The notes beneath the pieces are model-generated. The model made no database searches, had not been told where the DNA came from, and saw only the letters and a list, made by a program, of their open reading frames with translations. The position numbers and the translations under genes are program-made. A stretch of DNA of 32,000 bases from Kineococcus radiotolerans SRS30216 = ATCC BAA-149 (GTDB lineage Bacteria > Actinomycetota > Actinomycetes > Actinomycetales > Kineococcaceae), in assembly GCF_000017305.1 (NCBI RefSeq), contig NC_009806.1:60001-92000 (forward strand), in the 5' to 3' direction. Below, one piece after another: positions 1 to 7,509 of the stretch (position 1 is the first letter of the stretch; each line of letters opens with the position of its first letter).

Positions 1-552
1 CTCATCGGGGTGAGTGCGGCTTTTGCCCTGATGGTCGAGAAGATCCAATTGCTGCAAGACCCCGCCTACGTGCCGTTGTGCAGCGTCAACGCGCTGCTCA
101 GCTGCACATCGGTCATGACCAGTGACCAGGCGGAGGTCTTCGGGTTCCCCAATCCACTGCTGGGGCTCATCGGCTTCGCGGTGATTGCAGCGGCGGGCGG
201 CGGGCTGTTGGCCGGGGCCTCGTACCGTACCTGGTTCTGGGTGGGGCTGCAGATCGGTGTCAGTGCCGCGTTCGTCTTCGTGCATTGGCTGATCGTGCAG
301 AGCGTGTACAGCATCGGCGCCCTGTGTCCGTATTGCCTTCTCGTGTGGATCGTCACCGCACCGGTGTTCTGGTACACGACCCTGCGCAACGTCTCCGTGT
401 GGGCGGCGGATGCACCCCGCCCACAGCGACGGCACGCGGTGGTGAGGCTGGCCCAGGAGTTCCACTCCGTGCCCTTGGTGATCTGGTACCTCGCGGTACT
501 GGTAGTCGTCGCCCTGCGGTTCTGGAACCAGGCATTGGGAATGGTTCTCTAG
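1..552 (+). CDS. Vitamin K epoxide reductase (VKOR) family integral membrane thiol oxidoreductase; 5' end runs off the window
   Basis: Frame is open from base 1 (codons LIG precede the listed GTG at 10). Multi-pass hydrophobic protein with a loop Cys pair (PLCSVNALLSC) and a CPYC redox motif inside a TM helix, the signature of bacterial VKOR homologues. Stop at 550-552. Confidence 0.8.
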   Translation, partial: LIGVSAAFALMVEKIQLLQDPAYVPLCSVNALLSCTSVMTSDQAEVFGFPNPLLGLIGFAVIAAAGGGLLAGASYRTWFWVGLQIGVSAAFVFVHWLIVQSVYSIGALCPYCLLVWIVTAPVFWYTTLRNVSVWAADAPRPQRRHAVVRLAQEFHSVPLVIWYLAVLVVVALRFWNQALGMVL

Positions 553-908
553 GTCGGTGGGCTGCTGGCGGACGGGTACCCCCACGTCGGGCAGGACTAT
601 CATTCGGCGGACTGTTGGTGAGAACTCAAGCGGGCGTCGGGCCCCTACGGCGGAGCACTAGCCCCTCCCATTGCCTGAGATCGACATCACTGGCTGCGAT
701 CGCGGCATGCTGACCCACCTGATAATTGGCCGCGGTGATCGCGGTGAGTGTCACGCAGCGCATTCACCATCCGGGGAGGGTTCGACCGCGCGCTGGGCCG
801 GCGCGGGCAGGGGACTGCGGAGGCGCACGATAATCGCTGCTGCCCGGCGAGAAGACCCACCTCGCAGTCTCCTAGCCCTTTCCCCGCCGTTTCCTGAGTC
901 GCCGCTGG

Positions 909-1895
909 TCAGACCCCCGCGTAGGAGTGCAGGCCGGGGAAGAAGATGTTCACCACGAGGTAGTTGAACAGCATGCACGCGAAGGCCAGGACCGACAGCC
1001 ACGCGGCGCGGCGGCCGTCCCAGCCGCGGGTGGCGCGGGCGTGCAGGTAGCAGGCGTAGACGACCCAGATGACGAACGTCCACACCTCCTTGGAGTCCCA
1101 GTTCCAGTAGCGGTTCCAGGCGACCTGCGCCCACACCGCCCCGGCGATGAGGGTGAACGTCCACATGACGAACGCGACGGCGTTGAGGCGGAACGCGGTG
1201 CGCTCCAGCTCCACCGACCCCGGCAGGGCGTCCATGAAGACCCCGCCGGCGCGCTTCCCGGCCGCGGTGACCCGGTCCCGCTTCTCCTGGACCAGCTGCA
1301 GCACCGTCGCGGAGAACCCCAGCGTCGACAGCGCCGTGGCGAGGATCGCGACGAACACGTGGATGATCAGCCAGTAGCTGTCCAGCGCCGGGACGAGCTG
1401 CGCGGCCTCGACGTAGAGCTTGACCAGCGCGATCCCCAGGGTCACCAGGACCGGCCCGGCCACGAAGGTGCCGAGGTAGCGGGCGTCGCGGCCCCCGCCG
1501 AGGCCGGCGCGGTGGGCCCGGACGACGGCGACGAGGTAGGCCAGCGCCACGACGAGGGTCCCGGTGAGGGCGAACTCGAACATGTTGCCCCACGGCACGC
1601 GGTGCACCGAGACGCCGCGGGAGACCACCGAGCCCAGGTGCAGCAGCGCCCCGAGGGCGAACAGCGACGTCCCGACCGCGGCCGCGCGGCGGCGGCGGGC
1701 GGTGATCGGCTTCTCGAGGGTCGTGGTGGAGCCGCCGGCCGCGGCCTGCTCCCGGCGCCGCGCCTCGCGGGCCTTGATCTCCTTGCCGCCGTCGGCGAGG
1801 TCGCCGGCGTAGGCGACGAAGGAGAACAGGTAGGCGGTCATGGCGCCGTAGAGCAGCAGGTTGCTGATCTGGGCGATGTTCTCGTCGACGGTCAT
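909..1895 (-). CDS. ccsB: System II c-type cytochrome biogenesis protein (CcsA/ResC-type haem handling protein)
   Basis: Start placed at ATG 1893-1895 (MTVDENIAQ...), preceded by a GAAGGAGAG RBS. The listed start at 2051 only adds a low-complexity leader. Polytopic protein with a Trp-rich WWD-type motif (WAQVAWNRYWNWDSKEVW) and conserved His residues typical of CcsA/ResC. Confidence 0.85.
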   Translation of the reverse strand: MTVDENIAQISNLLLYGAMTAYLFSFVAYAGDLADGGKEIKAREARRREQAAAGGSTTTLEKPITARRRRAAAVGTSLFALGALLHLGSVVSRGVSVHRVPWGNMFEFALTGTLVVALAYLVAVVRAHRAGLGGGRDARYLGTFVAGPVLVTLGIALVKLYVEAAQLVPALDSYWLIIHVFVAILATALSTLGFSATVLQLVQEKRDRVTAAGKRAGGVFMDALPGSVELERTAFRLNAVAFVMWTFTLIAGAVWAQVAWNRYWNWDSKEVWTFVIWVVYACYLHARATRGWDGRRAAWLSVLAFACMLFNYLVVNIFFPGLHSYAGV

Positions 1896-2096
1896 CTTCT
1901 CTCCTTCGCACAGACCCGACCCCACGTCATGTGCACTTCGATCCTGTGGTGGCGCGCGGGCCGCTCTCGATGTCCTCGTGGATGTCCTCATCCACGTTCC
2001 TGCCGATGTCGACGCCGATGTCGACGCTGACACTCGCATGGACGCCGCCACCGGTGCTTCGGTCCACGCCCACCGCTGGCTGATGTCTTGATCCGC

Positions 2097-2999
2097 TCAA
2101 GCACTGGCTAGGGGGCCACCGCGTGCGGTGAGCATCTGCTGCAGCACGGTAATTTCTGCGTTCTGGGAAGCTGCGATGGTCTCAGCGAGCCGCCGCACGA
2201 CGACCGTTTCGGCCTGCTTGGCAGCGACCTCCGCCATGGTGACTGCGCCCCGGTGGTGCGGGATCATCAACTGCAGGTAGAAGCGTTCGGCCTCGACGCC
2301 GTTCAGGCCCGCCAGACGCTGCAGGTCCGCCTCGCTGGCCATCCCCGGCATCCCCGGCATCCCCGGCATCCCCGGCATCCCTGTGCTTGTGGTCTCTGTC
2401 GGTGCGGGCGCTGCCCCCGCCCCGGCCATAGTGTGTCCAGCCATCGGCGCATGCGGCATCCACTGCATAGGCGCCGCAGCGCCGCTTTGCGCAACGCCCC
2501 AGTCAGCCAACCACCCATACATCTGGCCAGCCTGCTGCTGCTGGGTCAGCATCACATCCAGCGCCAGGGTCCTCACCTCAGGGTCAGCGCTGCGGTCCCG
2601 CACGAGCACGGACATCTGCACCGCCTGGCCGTGATGCTCCCGCATGTCGCGAGAAAACCCCACATCGACCGAGCCCTCCACGGGCGCCGCTGCGCTCACC
2701 GGCGCATTCGACCGACCCCACCACACCCCCGCACTTCCCCCGACAGCAGCGGCCAGCAGCGCTACGGTCACTAGAACCGCGACACCTCGCACCTTGCGGT
2801 CAGGTGCCGAGTGGCCGCTGGGCTCCTGCTGTCGGTCTCCGCCCCGACCGCCATCGTCTCGACCGCCAGCATGGTGACCGCCGACATGACGACCATCGAC
2901 GAGACGACCGTCCCCGCTGTGGTCACCCTCATCACGATCGTCCTCGTCGTGATCGTCGTGATCGTCGTGATCGTCGTCGACTGCAGGCGGGACGGTCAT
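2097..2999 (-). CDS. DUF305 domain protein, membrane anchored, with Asp/His-rich N-terminus and Met-Pro-Gly repeat
   Basis: Two copies of the DUF305 four-helix signature (DVGFSRDMREHHGQAVQMS and ERFYLQLMIPHHRGAVTMAE). Single TM segment (GVAVLVTVALLAAAVGG). N-terminal DDDHDDHDDHDEDDRDE tract and internal MPGMPGMPGMPGM tract. Its ATG overlaps the stop of the upstream gene (ATGA). Confidence 0.85.
   Translation of the reverse strand: MTVPPAVDDDHDDHDDHDEDDRDEGDHSGDGRLVDGRHVGGHHAGGRDDGGRGGDRQQEPSGHSAPDRKVRGVAVLVTVALLAAAVGGSAGVWWGRSNAPVSAAAPVEGSVDVGFSRDMREHHGQAVQMSVLVRDRSADPEVRTLALDVMLTQQQQAGQMYGWLADWGVAQSGAAAPMQWMPHAPMAGHTMAGAGAAPAPTETTSTGMPGMPGMPGMPGMASEADLQRLAGLNGVEAERFYLQLMIPHHRGAVTMAEVAAKQAETVVVRRLAETIAASQNAEITVLQQMLTARGGPLASA
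2340..2381. repeat. 9-bp tandem repeat (CATCCCCGG, about 4.7 units) inside the DUF305 gene, encoding (MPG)n
   Basis: Direct reading: c atccccggc atccccggc atccccggc atccccggc atccc. In frame on the minus strand. Confidence 0.9.
2936..2980. repeat. 9-bp tandem repeat (GATCGTCGT x3 perfect at 2951-2977, plus degenerate flanks) encoding the (DDH)n tract
   Basis: Direct reading: gatcgtcgt gatcgtcgt gatcgtcgt, preceded by gatcgtcctcgtcgt. In frame on the minus strand at the N-terminus of the DUF305 protein. Confidence 0.9.
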
Positions 3000-3637
3000 G
3001 ACATCGCGCCTGCGCCGCCACTGCAGGGCGCTCCTGGTTCAGGTGTCTGGGGACCCTGCTGATACTTGCGCACGAACGTGGCCAGGCGAGGGTCGCCAGC
3101 ATCGTCAAGACTGATTTGCGCACCCCAGGCGCTGACGGCGATGGGTGAGGGCAACTCTTGCACCGGGGAAAGCAACACATAGCTGTTGCCCTCGGCCAAC
3201 GCGCTCAACCGCTGCACTTGATCAGCCGGCAGGTCAGATCGGTAGCCGATCCACACCGCCCCGTGCTCCAGGGAGTGCACCGCCTCGGTGGGCTGAACCG
3301 CGTCGGCGTAGACACCACAGTCAGTCCATACCGGGGCGTGATCCCCCCCGACCGGCAGAGCCTGCGGATAGGCGACCGGCGTCGTCACATGGTTCCTCGA
3401 CAGCTCCGAAAAGGTCTGCACCCCCTCGATCGGGGCGTTGGCAGTTGCCGCCTCCTGCGCCTGCTGGCGCTGCTCACGCACGATGGGCACAGCCACAGCC
3501 GCCACCAACCCAACGGCGATCACGGCGGCTGCTGCGATGAGCAGCGCAGCGCGGCGCCGCTCCCCGCGCCGCACCCGCGCCCGCATCTGAGCCGCACGCG
3601 TACGGCGGGCCTGCTCCCGGACCTCGCGCTCACTCAT
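2996..3637 (-). CDS. DUF3105 domain protein (single N-terminal TM anchor)
   Basis: Start placed at ATG 3635-3637 (MSEREVREQ...). Arg-rich cytoplasmic N-terminus, then a TM segment (AALLIAAAAVIAVGLVAAVAV). Conserved HSLEHGAVWIGY motif and C-terminal Cys typical of DUF3105. 4-nt ATGA overlap with the downstream DUF305 gene. Confidence 0.7.
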   Translation of the reverse strand: MSEREVREQARRTRAAQMRARVRRGERRRAALLIAAAAVIAVGLVAAVAVPIVREQRQQAQEAATANAPIEGVQTFSELSRNHVTTPVAYPQALPVGGDHAPVWTDCGVYADAVQPTEAVHSLEHGAVWIGYRSDLPADQVQRLSALAEGNSYVLLSPVQELPSPIAVSAWGAQISLDDAGDPRLATFVRKYQQGPQTPEPGAPCSGGAGAMS

Positions 3638-4330
3638 ATCGCTCCCTCTGCTCCTACCAACCAGCTCGGCATCAGCGCACCGGCAGCGGCACAACACAAA
3701 AGCTCCCGAACGCCCCCACAGACCCGCACAGCTTCAGCCGCACGCCATGCATCACCATGAGGCCAGTGCCGACAATGACGACCCTCACTGAGCCGGCCGT
3801 CCGCCCGCCCGCACCAGCCCACCCGCGCTTCCCTCGTGCGCGTTAACGACTTACTGTAGTACTTCGATGCGACGCTTGCGCCACCTAGCGCTTACGCCGA
3901 GCCGCGGCCGCCCAGCTTCCTCCGGTAGCTCGGCTCAGCACACCAACGATTGGCAAGGTCAGAATCTCAGAATGAGAATCAGACTGAGAAACGGGGTAGC
4001 CGCTGTCGCATCCAGCGGTGGATGCACTACGCAGGTCGCATACATCCTCCACGGTCTAAGGCTCTAGCTATCCCCAAGACACCAGGCCGTCCTGCAAGAG
4101 GAGGCACGCCGAATGGCCAGCCTCCGCCGAGTTCACGGCTCGCACTCCCTCGGCCACCCCGTACCGGGCGGACGCGTCGAGATGCGCACCCCAAAGAAGT
4201 GCTACCCGATTCAACGGGTTCGATCGCTGACCGTCGCTTCCCGTTGGTCCCTGCCGCTCACCGCGGCCGGTGATGGTGGCCACCGACGTGGTAGACCCCA
4301 ACTGTGCGCTAGAGGCGCTAGCATCGCTTT

Positions 4331-4756
4331 GTGGCGATAAGTGGCGCGGTCCTCAAGGCGCCGACCCATCCCTCCACCGCACCGCCGGCGGCGGCGGCAC
4401 TGTTCCGTTCGATTGGTGAACCGGCCCGTCTGGCGCTACTGCTGCGGCTGGCGCAGGGTGAAGCACGCGTAGGCGAGCTCGTGGCTGCTGTCGGTCTAGC
4501 GCAGTCGACGGTCTCGGCGCATCTGCACTGCCTGCGTGAGTGCGGGCTGGTCGCCTCCCGGCCAGAGGGGCGGGCCTCGGTGTTCTCCCTGACTTGCGCT
4601 CCCGAGCTGGCGGCGTTACTCAGCGCTGCCGAGCAACTGCTGATTACGACGGGGGATGCGGTTGAGCTGTGCCCTACCCATGGCACCAAGGTCGCTACGC
4701 GCCGGCGAAACATCCAACAGGACGTGCAGGGGAGAACATCGGCACTCGGGCGCTGA
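4331..4756 (+). CDS. cmtR: ArsR/SmtB family metalloregulator, CmtR-like (Cd/Pb-sensing type)
   Basis: wHTH core LFRSIGEPARLALLLRL...VGELVAAVGLAQSTVSAHLHCLRECGLV. The CxxxC pair in the recognition-helix region (HCLREC) plus a C-terminal Cys (ELCPTHG) matches the CmtR ligand arrangement (Cys57/Cys61/Cys102 in the M. tuberculosis protein). The start codon (GTG 4331) is uncertain. Confidence 0.7.
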   Translation: MAISGAVLKAPTHPSTAPPAAAALFRSIGEPARLALLLRLAQGEARVGELVAAVGLAQSTVSAHLHCLRECGLVASRPEGRASVFSLTCAPELAALLSAAEQLLITTGDAVELCPTHGTKVATRRRNIQQDVQGRTSALGR

Positions 4757-5230
4757 GCACCGTGGAGGTGAAGCAACTGGCCCGCCGCGAACTGCGCACG
4801 CGCCGTCGATCATGACCTCTAACATTCCTAGAAGAACACGGGCGATCGTCGTAGTCTGGTTACGCGGGCTGGTCCGCCTGGTCGGGTTTGAGCTGCAATC
4901 CGGCACCGAGTCCAGCACGGGGGTGCTGGCGGGCTTACGCCTGGCCGCCCGGCTACGCCACGGCAAAGGCCTTAGTGCTCGAGAAAGCCCAGCGAGGCCG
5001 AGGACGCCAGGGAGCAGGGCATGGCGCAGGGTGGGTATCCGATGAGGCGAGCGGCCCATCCTGGCCGATGCCTCCGTGACCGGAACCGGCGTACTGCTGA
5101 GCATCCTTAACCGGTGCGCCTGGGAAGGCGAACTCATCGAGGACGAGAAAGATGACAGCGGCAATGACGATGACGGCAGAGCTAGAGATGGGACAACGAT
5201 GACTGACGGCAGCGCTTCCTTGCGTAGGGC

Positions 5231-5785
5231 TTGGACGTGACCCGCTCGGTTCGCAGAGTTCATGGGGCTGATGGGGTTCGCGCCGGGCGCCGGCGCATCG
5301 GGGTCTACGCCGGGGCTGCGGGGATTGCCGCTGCGGCCTGGGGCGTGAAGACCTGGGCGGAGCGCGACCTATCCAGCGCCGGGCGCGATGACGGACTGCT
5401 ACAACTGCGCCTGACCTACAACCCCGGCGCCGCCTTCAGCCTCGGCGCCGACCATCCCACCTTGGTGGTGGTGGTCACCGGCGTGCTGTGCGCAGCGATC
5501 GCGGTGGCAGCCTGGTGGGCCGCCGCTCACCGGCCCCCTCTGCAGCTGGCCGGACTGGCCGCCGTGCTCGGCGGAGCAGTGGCCAACCTTAGCGATCGCC
5601 TCGACGATGGCGTGGTCACTGACTACCTCCACTCTGGCTGGTGGCCCACCTTCAACCTGCCCGACGTCGCCATCGTCGTCGGCGCCGCCCTGCTCGTACT
5701 GGCCGAGTTCCGCCGGACTCCCGCCGCCGACGCCCGCCCTGACACCGCGCCCGACCGCGCCGCCCCGGGCTCCGAATCACCATGA
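5231..5785 (+). CDS. lspA: Lipoprotein signal peptidase (signal peptidase II), accessory copy in the metal-resistance context
   Basis: Conserved LspA boxes: NPGAAFSL, the GGAVANLSDRL..GVVTDYL block, and WPTFNLPDVAIVVGA containing the catalytic Asp residues. Four hydrophobic segments. The start (TTG 5231) is uncertain. Confidence 0.8.
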   Translation: MDVTRSVRRVHGADGVRAGRRRIGVYAGAAGIAAAAWGVKTWAERDLSSAGRDDGLLQLRLTYNPGAAFSLGADHPTLVVVVTGVLCAAIAVAAWWAAAHRPPLQLAGLAAVLGGAVANLSDRLDDGVVTDYLHSGWWPTFNLPDVAIVVGAALLVLAEFRRTPAADARPDTAPDRAAPGSESP

Positions 5786-6768
5786 CACCCATAACCACCG
5801 TCCACCAGGTAGAGCGTCGCCATCAGCGGGAGCAGTTCCAGCGTTAGCCGCCGAACCCAAAGCTGTAGCAAACTCTCAACGCGCCGCCTACGCGCCATGG
5901 GACCTGAACGGCGTTCAGCCGCAACCAGAACGTGGTGACGCACTGTAGCCGCAGCCCCTGGGCCGCCGGGGTGCTGCGGCCGACGCGTCCTACGGCGGGC
6001 GCGTACTTCCTGGCGCTTTCCCGACCGCAGCACGATCTTGGTCTCCTCAACTGGCTGTGCTCCTCCCGGAACTCCAGCATTCGCAACGCCGCCGGCCCCT
6101 GCAGACCTGGATGCACATGGAGGTCAGGCAAGGCTACTTACAACTGCGACGAGAGCACGACGGGTACTGAAGCGCCCGCCGGTGGGGGTCCCGACGCCCA
6201 CGCTGATGAGGACGCTCACGCGGACGGAGTGGCTCCCGTGAAGCAGGCCCCCGCCTCGGCAGCAACATCCGATGATGATCACGCCCACTGATGTAGGGAA
6301 CCTTCGGTATCATCTCAGCGCGCCGCACGGAGACATCAGCCCCGCCCCGGCCAAGCCGTCTCAGTGCAGCCCACTGGTGCATCACCCAGGCCCATCGATG
6401 TGATCATTCACCGCCCTCTTCCGTCGTCCCGCCGGCGGCGACCAACAGCCGGCTGCGCTGGCAGGCACCACCAGCATCCCCAGGCTGCTAACAATGGGTG
6501 CGGTAAAGCCATCGGCCCGCCCGGTACCTTGCGAAAGCGCGCGGCTGTGGTCAGGTGGTCTTGCACCATCAAATTCAACAATCAGGATCGGCCGCAGCAG
6601 GCGCTGTCATCATCGATTGCCAGCAGCCTCGTCTGCCGCCTCAGCCGGTGGAGGCCTCAAGGTGCGGACGGCTCCGGTCGAGGCATGCCAGGGTGACGGC
6701 GTGCCGGTGAGGCGGCATGTCGGCGCTGGGACGAACGAGTGGCCGGTACCTGACCAGGGAGGTGGACG

Positions 6769-7509
6769 ATGGACGGCATCAGCAGCGTCACGTCGCGCAT
6801 CGCGGAGATCCAGGCGCTCATCGGCTCGCTGCAGCCGGCGGCGCCGGTGAGGGTGCTGGGCACCACCTCCGGCGCGGCCGTGAACGGGACCGCTGCCGCC
6901 CGGAACGGCCTCAGCAGCGGCGCGAGCACCGGCCGAAGCGGCGACGCGTCGGGGTTGACCTTCGCGTCGGCGTTGTCGCAGAGCATCGCCACCCGCACCA
7001 GCAGCGGGGGCCTGCTCAACGGCGTTCCCTCCGCGGCGAGCGCGGGAACGGTGAGCGCAGCGGCCGGAGGTGTCTCCTCCACGGGTGCCCGCTCGACCGT
7101 CGGCCTGCGCACCGCGGACGGAGTGCCGCTGGCCCTGGCCGGGTACGGCAACGGCAAGGTCCCCGCCGCCGCGTTGAGCAGCATCGGTCAGGGCTCGCAC
7201 ACGATGTGGGCACCGGCTGCGCAGGCCTACCAGCAGCTGCGCGCCGCCGCCGCCCGCGACGGCATCACCATCAAGGCCACCGACTCCTACCGCTCCTACG
7301 AGCAGCAGGTCGACCTGGCGCGACGCAAGGGCCTGTACTCCCAGGGCGGACTCGCGGCCAAACCCGGCACCAGCGAGCACGGGTGGGGCCTGAGCCTGGA
7401 CCTGGACCTGAGCCCGAAGGCCTTGAACTGGATGCGCACCCACTCGAAGGAGTACGGCTTCGCGGAGAACGTGCCCCGCGAGCCGTGGCACTGGACCTTC
7501 ACCCCCTGA
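6769..7509 (+). CDS. M15B (VanY / D-Ala-D-Ala carboxypeptidase-like) zinc peptidoglycan peptidase
   Basis: GGAGG RBS 6-10 nt upstream of the ATG. C-terminal domain has SYRSYEQQ, the PGTSEHGWGLSLDLD (H-x6-D) and EPWHW zinc-ligand motifs of the VanY/M15B family. The N-terminal ~130 aa is Ser/Gly/Ala-rich low complexity. Confidence 0.8.
   Translation: MDGISSVTSRIAEIQALIGSLQPAAPVRVLGTTSGAAVNGTAAARNGLSSGASTGRSGDASGLTFASALSQSIATRTSSGGLLNGVPSAASAGTVSAAAGGVSSTGARSTVGLRTADGVPLALAGYGNGKVPAAALSSIGQGSHTMWAPAAQAYQQLRAAAARDGITIKATDSYRSYEQQVDLARRKGLYSQGGLAAKPGTSEHGWGLSLDLDLSPKALNWMRTHSKEYGFAENVPREPWHWTFTP

Noticed and set aside
751-2030. Long ORFs overlapping ccsB (751-1911 minus, 386 aa; 927-2030 plus, 367 aa).
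   Set aside because: Extremely Arg/Pro/Gly/Asp-rich low-complexity translations in alternative frames or antisense to a gene with clear family motifs. These are typical high-GC shadow ORFs.
4204-4225. tRNA-like fragment (acccg-attcaa-cgggt hairpin followed by GGGTTCGATC, reminiscent of a T-arm), as a possible att site.
   Set aside because: No acceptor stem, anticodon arm or CCA-proximal complement can be built around it. The T-stem complement is missing.
4616-5263. 215-aa minus-strand ORF between the cmtR-like gene and lspA.
   Set aside because: Ser/Pro/Arg-rich, with no motif. It overlaps the 3' end of the regulator and the 5' end of lspA. The interval is better explained as a decayed plus-strand gene.
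6500-6768. Looked for a c-di-AMP (ydaO-type) riboswitch upstream of the cell-wall peptidase, as seen before some actinobacterial hydrolase genes.
   Set aside because: I could not find the conserved blocks as I recall them (approximately GGGGA..CCA, ACGGGG and CCGACAGCUAACC). Only an Infernal scan could settle it.
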